From Candidatus Limnocylindrales bacterium (lineage in GTDB: Bacteria; Chloroflexota; Limnocylindria; Limnocylindrales; CSP1-4), in assembly GCA_035699725.1 (NCBI GenBank), contig DASSPG010000144.1:1-57055 (forward strand): a stretch of 57,055 nucleotides of DNA. Reading direction: 5' to 3'. Position numbers and translations under genes: made by a program. Positions 46,248 through 55,766 of this stretch are shown one piece after another; positions within the stretch are counted from its first letter, which is position 1, and every line of letters begins with the position of its first letter. The notes beneath the pieces are model-generated. The model saw only the letters and a list, made by a program, of their open reading frames with translations. It had not been told where the DNA came from and did no database searches.

Positions 46248-46595
46248 CTACTCGACGGTCGGCGCCACGGCGCCGGCGTCGGGCTCGATCACGACGGCCG
46301 TGCCGTAGGCCACGATCTCGGTCATCGTGGTCGCCATCTCGGAGCTGTCGAAGCGCATCGAGATCACGGCGTTCGCGCCCATCATCGTGGCGTTCTTGAC
46401 GAGCCGGTCGAGCGCCTGGCGGCGCGTGTCCTCGAGCAGCGAGGTGTATTCCTTGATCTCGCCCCCGCCGAGCGAGCGCAGGCCGGCGATCAGGTTGCCG
46501 GAGAAGCCGCGGCTGCGGACCACGAGCCCGAAGACCTGGCCCTTGGTCTCGACGGTGCGATGGCCGGCGACGAACGGAGTGGTGGCGACGATCAT
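46248..46595 (-). CDS. YbjQ/UPF0145 family protein
   Basis: [30 protein letters not shown]...GGEIKEYTSLLEDTRRQALDRLVKNATMMGANAVISMRFD is typical of YbjQ. The ATG overlaps the upstream gene stop (ATGA). Confidence 0.85.
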   Translation of the reverse strand: MIVATTPFVAGHRTVETKGQVFGLVVRSRGFSGNLIAGLRSLGGGEIKEYTSLLEDTRRQALDRLVKNATMMGANAVISMRFDSSEMATTMTEIVAYGTAVVIEPDAGAVAPTVE

Positions 46596-47071
46596 CGGGG
46601 ATCCCTCTCGTGCTGGTCGTGCTGGTCCGTGGTGGCGGCGATGGCGGCGATGGCGGCGGCGCGCCGGGCCGTGCACTCGGCGCACGGGCAGCGCTCGCGC
46701 AGCAGGCTGAACGTGTAGAACCCGGTCGAGTGGCCGTCGCCCCAGTGCGGCGACACGGCGTAGTTGCCGACGAGGTGGATGTCGGTCATCCGGGTCTGCT
46801 CGTCGGTCAGCGTCGGGGCGCTGTCGAGCCAGCCGGGCATGCCGGCCTCGCCGCGGCAGTACGCGCAGGGGCAGAGCCAGCGCAGGGCCGTGAAGTCGTA
46901 CAGCGTGGCGTGGCCGTCGGCCCAGTCGATCGCCAGCGTCCGCGCGGATCGCTCGGCGTGGATCTTCAGGGGGAGGGTGGGGGAGCCGCCGGCAGCGCTC
47001 GGAGGCGGGACAGACGCCGCCGTCGCGGTCGCTCCGCCGCCCGATTCAGGGATTCCCCGATCGCTGGTCAC
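46592..47071 (-). CDS. DUF971 domain protein (gamma-butyrobetaine hydroxylase N-terminal-like, Cys4)
   Basis: [27 protein letters not shown]...[30 protein letters not shown] has the two CPC(A)xC pairs characteristic of DUF971. The exact start is uncertain. Confidence 0.75.
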   Translation of the reverse strand: MTSDRGIPESGGGATATAASVPPPSAAGGSPTLPLKIHAERSARTLAIDWADGHATLYDFTALRWLCPCAYCRGEAGMPGWLDSAPTLTDEQTRMTDIHLVGNYAVSPHWGDGHSTGFYTFSLLRERCPCAECTARRAAAIAAIAATTDQHDQHERDPR

Positions 47072-47142
47072 GGGGGCATCATCGCACCTCCCGGGACCAT
47101 CGTCCCAAGGCGACCCGCCCAGCCCACGCGTATTCTCGTGCG

Positions 47143-48126
47143 GTGAGCCTCGTCATCGACGGTCTGGACAAGCGCTTCGGGCGGGTGGTCGCCCTCGACG
47201 GGCTGACCTTCGAGGTCCCCGACGGCGAGATCTTCGGGTTCCTCGGCGCGAACGGCGCCGGCAAGACGACGACGATGCGGATCGCCCTCGGCGTCCTCGC
47301 GGCCGACGCCGGAGTGGTCGTGTGGGACGGGACGGACACGCGTGCGCTCCCGCGCAACACGTGGGGCTACCTGCCCGAGGAGCGCGGGCTCTACCCCCGG
47401 ATGGTGGTCCTCGACCAGCTCGTCTTCTTCGCCTCGCTCCACGGCATCCCGCGCGACCGGGCCCGGCGCGACGCGCTCGCCTGGCTCCGCCGTCTCCGCG
47501 TCCCCGACCTCGCCGAGCGCAAGGCCGAGGAGCTGAGCAAGGGCAACCAGCAGAAGATCCAGCTGATCTCGGCGATCCTCCACGATCCGCCAGTCCTGTT
47601 GATGGATGAGCCCTTCACCGGGCTCGACCCGGTCAACGTGGCGCTCCTGCGCGAGGCGTTCATCGAGCTCCGCGACGACGGCCGGACGCTGATCTTCTCG
47701 ACTCACCAGATGGAGACGGTCGAGGCCATGTGCGAGTCGATCGCGATCGTGGACAAGGGCCGGGTCGTCGTCGGCGGGCCGCTCCGCGACGTGAAGCGCG
47801 CGACCGGTCGCCAGATGGTCCACCTGTCGGTCGACGGCGACCACCGGCTTGCCTGGCTGGCGCACGTCGAGGGCGCCCGGATCCTGCGGCCGGGGATCGA
47901 CCGGACCGAGATCGAGCTCGACGAGGGCATCGAGCCCGACGTCGTCCTGGCGGCGGCGATCGCGGCCGGGGCCCGGGTGACCCACTTCGAGGTGGCCGAG
48001 CCGTCGCTCGAGCAGATCTTCATCGACCACGTCGGACGGGCGCCCGACGACGACGGCACGCTCGCGCCGGCCGATCCGGCGGGCCCGCCGGGCTCGCCGG
48101 GCTCGAGCGCCGAGGACGCGGCGTGA
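47143..48126 (+). CDS. ABC-2-type transporter ATP-binding protein (NatA-like)
   Basis: [38 protein letters not shown] and STHQME, with a C-terminal accessory domain. Confidence 0.92.
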   Translation: MSLVIDGLDKRFGRVVALDGLTFEVPDGEIFGFLGANGAGKTTTMRIALGVLAADAGVVVWDGTDTRALPRNTWGYLPEERGLYPRMVVLDQLVFFASLHGIPRDRARRDALAWLRRLRVPDLAERKAEELSKGNQQKIQLISAILHDPPVLLMDEPFTGLDPVNVALLREAFIELRDDGRTLIFSTHQMETVEAMCESIAIVDKGRVVVGGPLRDVKRATGRQMVHLSVDGDHRLAWLAHVEGARILRPGIDRTEIELDEGIEPDVVLAAAIAAGARVTHFEVAEPSLEQIFIDHVGRAPDDDGTLAPADPAGPPGSPGSSAEDAA

Positions 48127-49451
48127 GCGCCCCGCACCCGCCTTCCGGGCGCGACCTGCCGGCGCGCCATGAGCCGATGTTCCCCAACACGACGCACATC
48201 GCCCGGCGGGAATACCTCGAGCTCGTCCGTTCACGACTGTTCCACGTCTCGACCGTGACCCTGGCGGTCCTCGCGATCGTGGTCGCCCTCCTGCCGATCG
48301 TTGCGAGCCTCGCCGAGCGCGGCAGCACGACGCGGGTGGCCGTCGTCGCGAGCGACGCGGAGCTGACCGACCGGACGATCTCGATCCTCGACGGACTCCT
48401 CAACCAGACGAGCGCCGGCAAGTCCGGCTCCTTCGAGCTGATCCCGATCTCGAGCGAGAGCGCCGCGATCGCCGGGGTCGACGAGCGACGCTATGACGCG
48501 GCCCTCGTTGCGACCCGTGCCACGAACGGCCGGCTGTCGTTCGACTTCCGCCTCGGCGAGACCGTGGGCGATGCCGCCCTCCAGCAGCTCTCGATCGGCA
48601 TCTTCGGCGTGGCGGTCCTCGACTTCTCCGCTCGGAACCCCGTGAGCGGATTCCAGGTTCCCGTGACGACCATCCTGCGCCAGGCCGGCGACGGAGCCGC
48701 GGCCGCGCCGTACAGCGCCTCGAACTTCGCGAGCCGGCTGATCGTGGGCGCGGTGTTCGGGGTCCTGATCTTCATCACGATCGTGATCTACGGGATGTGG
48801 GTCGCGGCCGGCGTCGTGGCGGAGAAGTCGAGTCGGGTCATGGAGCTCCTCATCAGCGCCGCGTCGCCGCGCCAGCTCGTGATCGGGAAGGCGGTCGGGA
48901 TCGGCCTCGCCGGGGCGACCCAGTACCTGCTCGTGCTGACGCCGGCGATCATGACGCTCCTCGTCGAGGACCGGATCGCGACGGCGATCCTCGGCCCGGA
49001 GGCGGGCATCGCGCCGTCGCTCCAGGCGCTGTCGCCGATGCTGCTCCTCGCATTCAGCGTGTACTACACGCTCGGGTTCGCCCTGTACTCGCTGATCTAC
49101 GCCGCGGCGGGGTCACTCGTGAGCCGGCCCGAGGACCTGCAGATCATCGCGCTGCCGCTGTCGCTGCTCGCGATCGTCGGCTATCTCCAGGCGATCCTGG
49201 CCCTGACGGGCGGGATCACCGGGTTCATCCGCGTCGCGTCGCTGGTGCCGTTCTGGAGCCCGTTCGTGATGCTCACCCGGTTGTCGGTGGGGAGGGTGGA
49301 GCCCGCCGAGCTGGTCGTGTCGATCAGCCTGCTCCTGTTGACGATCCTCGTGGTCGGGGTGATCGCGATCCGGATCTACGGGGCCGGGGTCCTGCTCTAC
49401 GGCCAGCGGCCGGGGCTGCGGGCCTACATCGCCGCCGCGCGCCACGGCTGA
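48123..49451 (+). CDS. ABC-2-type transporter permease (NatB-like)
   Basis: The GTG overlaps the ATPase stop (GTGA); ATG 48177 is the alternative start. It has one N-terminal helix, an extracytoplasmic loop of about 180 aa, then five helices. Confidence 0.8.
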   Translation: MSAPHPPSGRDLPARHEPMFPNTTHIARREYLELVRSRLFHVSTVTLAVLAIVVALLPIVASLAERGSTTRVAVVASDAELTDRTISILDGLLNQTSAGKSGSFELIPISSESAAIAGVDERRYDAALVATRATNGRLSFDFRLGETVGDAALQQLSIGIFGVAVLDFSARNPVSGFQVPVTTILRQAGDGAAAAPYSASNFASRLIVGAVFGVLIFITIVIYGMWVAAGVVAEKSSRVMELLISAASPRQLVIGKAVGIGLAGATQYLLVLTPAIMTLLVEDRIATAILGPEAGIAPSLQALSPMLLLAFSVYYTLGFALYSLIYAAAGSLVSRPEDLQIIALPLSLLAIVGYLQAILALTGGITGFIRVASLVPFWSPFVMLTRLSVGRVEPAELVVSISLLLLTILVVGVIAIRIYGAGVLLYGQRPGLRAYIAAARHG

Positions 49452-49628
49452 GGGCGCCGAGCCGCACGTCGCCGGATCCGTCCGCCGACCATCCGGCTCC
49501 GGGGCGGTCGCTCCACGCACGTCCACGCTGATCCTGCGGCTCGCTCCAGGCGTGCGGACAGGCCAGACCCTTCGCCAACCCGGCGGAGATTGATCGGGCC
49601 GATGTCTCGGACGACGAGGCGCCGAGCG

Positions 49629-50393
49629 CTACTCGTCGAACAGCAGCGGGAGGCGCCGGATCAGGGCGATGACCGGGGCAGCGGCGGCCGCCGCGGAGTG
49701 GTCATCGGCGGCGGGCGCTGTGCTGGCGGCCCGAGCCGTGCGTCCTGCCTGCGGGGCCACCGGCACGAACCGCCAGAGCCGCGACGTGACCCCGGACAGG
49801 TACGGGCTCGTCCGCTGACGGGCCATGACCCCGGCGATCCCCTGGGCGGCGGCCGCCTCGTGGAGTGCCCGGCCCTCGGCGGCGATCGCGGGCACGGCCA
49901 CGACCTCGTCACCGGGCCGCAGCACCCGGCGAAGCAGCTCCCGACGCCGGTGGAGGGGAGTCGAGAGCAGCGACCGCCCGTCGAGGTGGAGCAGGTCGAA
50001 CGCCAGGAACGCGACCGGCCGGCCGGCCTCGCCCGCGATCCGCCGGGTCAGCTCGTCGGCATCGGCCCGGCCCGCGTCGTCGACCGCGACGAGCTCGCCG
50101 TCGAGCACCGCCGAGCGGGCATCCAGCCGGACCGCCATCCCGGCGAGCTCGGGAAGCGCGGCGCCCACGTCGCGGCCATCGCCATCGATGATCCGGACCT
50201 CGCCTCCGCCCACCGTCTCGGCCGGTCCGACGTAGGCCAGCGCCCGCAGCCCGCCCCACGAGGGCTCGAACAGGTGGGCGGCCGAGTCGAACGGCTCGAT
50301 CGCCGGTCGGGGAAGCATCGGCCGCAGGCCGTCCGGCAGGTTCGGCAGCGTCGCGATCTCAGGCTCGAGCCGCAGCGACAGCTGGTCGCGCAT
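49629..50393 (-). CDS. ATP-dependent DNA ligase-like adenylation-domain protein lacking the catalytic lysine (probable pseudoenzyme or gene remnant)
   Basis: It is colinear with the LigD/LigC ligase core (MLPRPAIEPFDSAAHLFEP-SWGG-LRALAYV, LDGELVAVD, AFLAFDLLHLDGRSL, HEAAAAQGIAGVMARQ). However, motif I KxDG reads SWGG and the motif IV/V lysines are absent. There is no OB domain. 254 aa. Confidence 0.7.
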   Translation of the reverse strand: MRDQLSLRLEPEIATLPNLPDGLRPMLPRPAIEPFDSAAHLFEPSWGGLRALAYVGPAETVGGGEVRIIDGDGRDVGAALPELAGMAVRLDARSAVLDGELVAVDDAGRADADELTRRIAGEAGRPVAFLAFDLLHLDGRSLLSTPLHRRRELLRRVLRPGDEVVAVPAIAAEGRALHEAAAAQGIAGVMARQRTSPYLSGVTSRLWRFVPVAPQAGRTARAASTAPAADDHSAAAAAAPVIALIRRLPLLFDE

Positions 50394-50522
50394 CGTCGTC
50401 CGATGGTAGCGCTAGACTCGTGACGGTCGTCGGCGTTCGCATCGCGCCCCGACATCGACCCCTCGATCCCGCGCTCGAATCCGCGCGCCGACATCGTTCG
50501 CACCCGCCCGGTCCCCCCGGGC

Positions 50523-52733
50523 GTGCCCGGAGGCCTGCCGTCCGTGACTCCTGCCAAGGCCCGTGCCAAGACCCGCCCCGAGACCCGCGCCCTCCGCCCG
50601 GACGACCTGTACGCCTTCCGGATTCCGACGGACCCGCGGCTCTCCCCTGACGGCTCGCTGGCCGTGTTCACGGTGCAGACCGTCGCCCCGGGCAAGGACG
50701 GGTACCGGCGCGCGCTGTGGGCGGTTCCGACCAGTGGCGACGACGCGGCCCGCCAGCTGACGATCGGCGCCCGCTCGGATGCCCATCCGCGGTTCGCACC
50801 CGATGGGCGGACGCTGGCGTTCCTGTCCGATCGCCGCCTCCACGTCGAGGAGGAGCCGGCGGGCGGCGAGGAGAAGCAGCGCGAGGACGGGCAGCAGATC
50901 CACCTCCTGCCCCTCACCGGCGGCGAGGCGCGCCGCCTGACGGACCTGCCGCGCGGCGTGGACGACTTCTGGTGGTCGCCCGATGGCTCGCAGCTCCTCG
51001 TCAGGTCCGCGTCGCGCGGCGCCACCCGCGACGAGGACCGGAAGAAGCGCGGCAAGGGGTCGCCGCCGAAGCCGGGCGAGGCGCCCGAGTCCGACTACCA
51101 CTTCCTCGATCGCCTCGGCTACCTGTACAACGGCGTCGGGTTCACGTACCACCTGATCGGCCAGCTCTGGGTCGTGGACGTGGCGACCGGCGCGGCCCGC
51201 CGCCTGACCGACGAGCCCGCCGGCGTGGGCGACGCGGCATGGTCGCCCGACGGAACCCGCATCGCCTACACGACGAACCTCCGTCGCGACCACGATCTCC
51301 AGCAGCGCTCCCATCTCGTCGTGATCGGCACCGACGGCTCTGGCCGGCGCCGCCTCACCGGCGACAAGGCGACGTTCTTCCGACCGGCGTGGCTCCCGGA
51401 CGGCCGCTCGGTGGCGGCCCTGGGCGGGTACCTGCCGGACAACTTCTACGTGTCGGACGTGTGGCTGGTCGCCGCCGACGGGTCGGACGCGGGCACGGAG
51501 CGGGGAGGTCGGAACCTGACGTCGCGCCACGACCTGATGCCGGCGTCGTCGATGAACAGCGACATCACGCCCGGTGAGGCCGCCCGGATCGTGCCCTCGG
51601 CCGACGGCCGCTGGATCAGCTTCCTCGCGCCGAAGAGCGGGTCGATGGAGCTGTGGCGGGTCGCGACGGCCGACGGGGCCGTGGAGCAGCTGACCGACGG
51701 CCGCCACTACCTCTCGAGCTTCGACCAGGTCGAGCTCACGGGTGGCCGGACGCGAGCGGCCTGGCTCCGCTCGGCGCCGACGGAGCTCAGCGACCTGTGG
51801 GTCCGGGACGGCATCCGCGGTGAGGCGCGGCGCGTGACGCAGCTGAACGCGGAGGCGCTCGCGGGGATCGAGCTGCGCGAGCCGGTGGAGCGCTGGTCGG
51901 AGGTCGACGGGCGGCGGATCCAGGGCTGGTTCCTGGCCGCGGATCAGGCGGCCTCGGGCGGCCCCGCGCACAACGTGCGCAAGGCCGCCTCGCCCGCCCC
52001 GCTCGTCACCCAGATCCACGGCGGCCCGCACACCCTGTACGGCTGGTCACCGATGCTCGAGTTCCAGCTCCTTGCCGCCAACGGCATGAGCGTCTACTAC
52101 TCCAACCCGCGCGGCTCCGAGGGGTACGGCCGGGCGTTCAACGAGGCGAACATCCGCGACTGGGGCCCGGGCCCGATGCGCGACGTCCTCGCCGGCATCG
52201 ACGGGCTGGTGGCCGATGGCCTCGCCGATCCCGATCGGCTCGGCCTCACGGGCGGCTCGTACGGCGGCTACCTGACGACGTGGATCGTCGGCCACGACGA
52301 GCGCTTCGCCGCCGCCATGACCTGCCGCTCGGTGAGCGACATGGCGATGCTCTTCCAGACCGGTGACATCGCGAGCGGGTTCTGGGCGTCGTACGAGTTC
52401 CGGGCCCTGCCGTGGGAGCAGCCCGGGTACTTCCGCGAGATCTCGCCGCTCACGTACGCCGACGCGATCCGGACGCCGCTCCTGATCCAGCACAGCGAGA
52501 AGGACATCCGGACGACGATCGGCCAGGCCGAGTCGCTGTTCACCGTGCTCCGCTCGAAGAAGCGCCCGGTCCGGCTGCTCCGCGTTCCCGAGGAGACGCA
52601 CGAGCTGACCCGCTCCGGGACCCCGTTCCGTCGCGTGGAGAACCTCGTGGTCGTGCGCGACTGGTTCCGCCATTTCCTCGTGGAGGGCAAGCGCGGGCTG
52701 CCGCCCCTGCCAAAGGTCCGCGCCGGGCGTTAG
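50523..52733 (+). CDS. S9-family serine peptidase (acylaminoacyl-peptidase / prolyl oligopeptidase-like)
   Basis: N-terminal beta-propeller repeats (PRLSPDGSLAVFTV, PRFAPDGRTLAFLSD, WSPDGSQLL, WSPDGTRIAY). The C-terminal hydrolase carries GLTGGSYGGYL, plus the Asp and His regions (QHSEKDIR; EETHEL). The start is approximate. Confidence 0.9.
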   Translation: MPGGLPSVTPAKARAKTRPETRALRPDDLYAFRIPTDPRLSPDGSLAVFTVQTVAPGKDGYRRALWAVPTSGDDAARQLTIGARSDAHPRFAPDGRTLAFLSDRRLHVEEEPAGGEEKQREDGQQIHLLPLTGGEARRLTDLPRGVDDFWWSPDGSQLLVRSASRGATRDEDRKKRGKGSPPKPGEAPESDYHFLDRLGYLYNGVGFTYHLIGQLWVVDVATGAARRLTDEPAGVGDAAWSPDGTRIAYTTNLRRDHDLQQRSHLVVIGTDGSGRRRLTGDKATFFRPAWLPDGRSVAALGGYLPDNFYVSDVWLVAADGSDAGTERGGRNLTSRHDLMPASSMNSDITPGEAARIVPSADGRWISFLAPKSGSMELWRVATADGAVEQLTDGRHYLSSFDQVELTGGRTRAAWLRSAPTELSDLWVRDGIRGEARRVTQLNAEALAGIELREPVERWSEVDGRRIQGWFLAADQAASGGPAHNVRKAASPAPLVTQIHGGPHTLYGWSPMLEFQLLAANGMSVYYSNPRGSEGYGRAFNEANIRDWGPGPMRDVLAGIDGLVADGLADPDRLGLTGGSYGGYLTTWIVGHDERFAAAMTCRSVSDMAMLFQTGDIASGFWASYEFRALPWEQPGYFREISPLTYADAIRTPLLIQHSEKDIRTTIGQAESLFTVLRSKKRPVRLLRVPEETHELTRSGTPFRRVENLVVVRDWFRHFLVEGKRGLPPLPKVRAGR

Positions 52734-53032
52734 GCCCCGTCGCCGGCGCGCGACGTCCCCCAACAGTCCGGTCAGGACTGGTACGGCGAGATCCGGGCGG
52801 ATCCGCACGGGCTGCACGCCGCCGGCACGCTCGGATCGCCGGTCCGGGCGAGGCGAACCAGAGCGGACGCCGCCTGGATCGCCCGGATTGACGCTCTACC
52901 AGTCCCTCGCAGACTGGTTGGCGAAGTGGCTGGGGTCCGGGTGCGCGCCGGCGCCCGAACAAGCACGCACGCACGCCGGCTTCGGGCGCCCCACGACCGA
53001 TCCAGCGAACGAGGCCCGGCTGAGGCCGGGTT

Positions 53033-53593
53033 TCAGGCGCCCCCCGCCCGAAACCGAGCCGGAGCCACGCCCAGACGGTCCCGGATCGTCCGTTCGGTCG
53101 CCCGGCGCCCGAACCGGCGGATCCCGAGGGCCAGGCCGGCGAGCGAAGCCAGCGCCAGCCAGCCGATCGCGTCTGGGGCCCCGGCCGGTGACGGCCCCGG
53201 GCCGGCCCCCGCGTTCTCCGTGTCGGTGGCCGGGGGAGCGGCCGTTGCCGGGGTGACGACGAGTGTCGCGGTCATCGCCGGGTGGATCGTGCAGTGGTAG
53301 GCGAACGTGCCCGCGGTCGTCAGCGTGACGGACCGGGACGCGTTCCCGCCGATCGTGCCCGTGTCGAACGCGCCACCGTCCGCGGTCGCGGTGTGGCTCT
53401 GGGCATCGGCGTTGGTCCACGTCACGGTGTCGCCGACCACGACCGTCACCGACGACGGCGAGAACGAGAACCCGGTGATGTCGACCGCCTGATCGGCCGC
53501 CAGCGCGACGGGCCCGAACGCCGAGGCGGCGATGACGAGGAGCGCGCCGCCCGCGGCGGCCCCGCTCACTCGACGAACCCCGAGCTCACCCAT
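53033..53593 (-). CDS. membrane-anchored type-1 copper (cupredoxin) protein
   Basis: GGAGGAGG lies before the ATG at 53593. It has a signal peptide. The cupredoxin fold carries ligands H (AQSHTATA) and C-x2-H-x2-M (YHCTIHPAM). A Pro/Ala linker and a C-terminal helix IGWLALASLAGLALGI follow. Confidence 0.85.
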   Translation of the reverse strand: MGELGVRRVSGAAAGGALLVIAASAFGPVALAADQAVDITGFSFSPSSVTVVVGDTVTWTNADAQSHTATADGGAFDTGTIGGNASRSVTLTTAGTFAYHCTIHPAMTATLVVTPATAAPPATDTENAGAGPGPSPAGAPDAIGWLALASLAGLALGIRRFGRRATERTIRDRLGVAPARFRAGGA

Positions 53594-53695
53594 CGCGACC
53601 TCCTCCGCACGCGTCACGCCCAGTCCCCGCACGGGTCCCTACGTCGGCCCGCGCCGACCGGATGCCGCCGGAACCCGGTGTATCCTCACCGTCCC

Positions 53696-54676
53696 ATGGC
53701 CGCCACCCGCAATCCCGACACGCTGGCCCGCGAGCGCGCCCACGAGCTCGTCCGCTCGTGGGACGGCCGCCCGGGTGCCCTCGGCAGCCTCCTCGGACGC
53801 GTCAGCTCGGTCGACCAGGTGGGCGTCGAGGAGCGGGTCGACGCGCTGAAGAAGCGCTCGATCAAGAAGGCGTCGAAGCTCTGGGCGCTCGACCTCGCGA
53901 TCCGGATGATGGACCTCACCACCCTCGAGGGGAAGGACACCCGGGGCAAGGTCCGGGCCCTCTGCCAGAAGGCGATGACGCCCCAGCCGGGCGATCCCAC
54001 GATCCCGTCGGTCGCCGCGGTCTGCGTCTACCCCGCGCTCGTCGCCGACGCGAAGGAGGCACTCAAGGGCTCGACCGTCAAGGTCGCCTCGGTCGCCACT
54101 GGCTTCCCGTCGGGCCAGACGTTCCGCGACATCAAGCTCGCCGAGACGCGCGCGGCCGCCGAGGCGGGCGCCGACGAGATCGACATGGTCATCGACCGCG
54201 GCGCCTTCCTGTCGGGCGATTACCTGACCGTGTTCGAGGAGATCGTCGACGTCAAGGACGCCTGCGGCGATACCCACCTCAAGGTCATCCTCGAGACCGG
54301 CGAGCTCGAGACGTACGACAACGTCCGGCGCGCCTCGGTGCTCGCGATGGCCGCCGGCGCCGACTTCATCAAGACCTCGACCGGCAAGGTCACCCCGGCG
54401 GCGACCCTGCCGGTCACCCTCGTCATGCTCGAGGCGATCCGCGACTTCGAGCGCCAGACCGGCCGCCAGGTCGGAATGAAGCCGGCCGGCGGGATCCGGG
54501 TCGCCAAGGAGGCGATCCAGTACCTCGTCGTGCTGTACGAGACCCTCGGGCCGCGCTGGATGACACCCCGCTGGTTCCGGTTCGGGGCGTCATCGCTCCT
54601 GAACGATGTCCTGATGCAGATCGAGAAGGAGCGGACGGGCCGCTACCAGGGCCCGGACCACTTCACCCTGGACTGA
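53696..54676 (+). CDS. deoC: deoxyribose-phosphate aldolase (long actinobacterial form)
   Basis: MMDLTTLEG, AAVCVYP, VATGFPSG, EIDMVI, LKVILETGEL, and FIKTSTGK (the Schiff-base lysine). Confidence 0.92.
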   Translation: MAATRNPDTLARERAHELVRSWDGRPGALGSLLGRVSSVDQVGVEERVDALKKRSIKKASKLWALDLAIRMMDLTTLEGKDTRGKVRALCQKAMTPQPGDPTIPSVAAVCVYPALVADAKEALKGSTVKVASVATGFPSGQTFRDIKLAETRAAAEAGADEIDMVIDRGAFLSGDYLTVFEEIVDVKDACGDTHLKVILETGELETYDNVRRASVLAMAAGADFIKTSTGKVTPAATLPVTLVMLEAIRDFERQTGRQVGMKPAGGIRVAKEAIQYLVVLYETLGPRWMTPRWFRFGASSLLNDVLMQIEKERTGRYQGPDHFTLD

Positions 54677-54698
54677 CAGCCGCGGGGGAGGAGGGGAG

Positions 54699-55730
54699 AT
54701 GAGCACCGAGGCAGCGTCCCGGCCCTTCCCGACTCCGATCGCGCCGCCGCCGATCCCGGGCCTCGTCATCCGGCATCTCTCCGCCCCGGACGACTACGCC
54801 GGCATGAACGACGCGGCGAACGACAGCCGCCTGGCCGACGGGGTCGACTTCATCACCCCGCTCGACGCCTTCATCCGCCACTACGAGCACCTCCACCACT
54901 GCGATCCGGATCGGGACCTCCTGATCGTGGAGATCGCCGGCCGGATCGTCGGCTACGGCCGCACGTTCTGGGAGACCGAGGAGGTCGCGGACGGCCAGGT
55001 CCGCGTCCACGAGACGTTCTGCTTCCTTCGTCGCGACTGGCGCCGGAGGGGCCTCGGCCGGCCGATGCTGGCCGCGCTCCTCGCGCGGGTCGACGAGATC
55101 CATGCGCGACTGCCGGCCGCGCCGCGAGTCGAGGTCGAGGTCGTCGACCAGACGAGCGACGGCGCGATCGAGGCGCTCGTCCGGCCGTTCGGGTTCAGGC
55201 CCGTTCGGTACGGCTTCCAGATGCTCCGACCGACACTCGACGACCAGCCGAACGCGCCGCTGCCGGCCGGTCTCGACATCCGCGAGGTCCGCGAGCAGGA
55301 CGTCCGCCAGATCTGGGAGGCGTCCAACGAGGCGTTCCGCGACGGCAACGCCTGGCGCCCGCCGGACGAGGCGGCGTGGCAGGAGTTCCTCCGCGATCCG
55401 CTCCAGCAGGACCGCACCCTGTGGCGGGTCGCGTGGGACGGCGACCAGGTGGCGGGCCAGGTCCGCGGCTACATCAACGAGGACGCGAATGCGGCGATGG
55501 GCACGACCCGGGGCTGGGTCGAGAACATCAGCGTCCGCCGGCCGTACCGCCACCGCGGCCTGGCGCGGGCATTGATGAATGCGACGTTCCGGGCGCTCCG
55601 GGAGCGCGGCATGACCGAGGGCGTGCTCGGCGTCGACGCGACCAACCCGACCGGCGCCCTGCGCGTGTACGAGAGCATGGGCTTCGTGCCGATCTCGCGG
55701 TCGACGACCTACCGGAAGCGTCTCGGCTGA
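54699..55730 (+). CDS. two-domain GNAT N-acetyltransferase (mycothiol-synthase-like architecture)
   Basis: GGAGGAGGGGAG precedes the ATG. There are two acetyl-CoA motif-A-like blocks (RRDWRRRGLGRPMLAAL; VRRPYRHRGLARALMNA), and it ends ...VYESMGF. Confidence 0.75.
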   Translation: MSTEAASRPFPTPIAPPPIPGLVIRHLSAPDDYAGMNDAANDSRLADGVDFITPLDAFIRHYEHLHHCDPDRDLLIVEIAGRIVGYGRTFWETEEVADGQVRVHETFCFLRRDWRRRGLGRPMLAALLARVDEIHARLPAAPRVEVEVVDQTSDGAIEALVRPFGFRPVRYGFQMLRPTLDDQPNAPLPAGLDIREVREQDVRQIWEASNEAFRDGNAWRPPDEAAWQEFLRDPLQQDRTLWRVAWDGDQVAGQVRGYINEDANAAMGTTRGWVENISVRRPYRHRGLARALMNATFRALRERGMTEGVLGVDATNPTGALRVYESMGFVPISRSTTYRKRLG

Positions 55731-55766
55731 ACCGCGGCCCCGAACATGCCGGCCCCCGCGGGAGCC

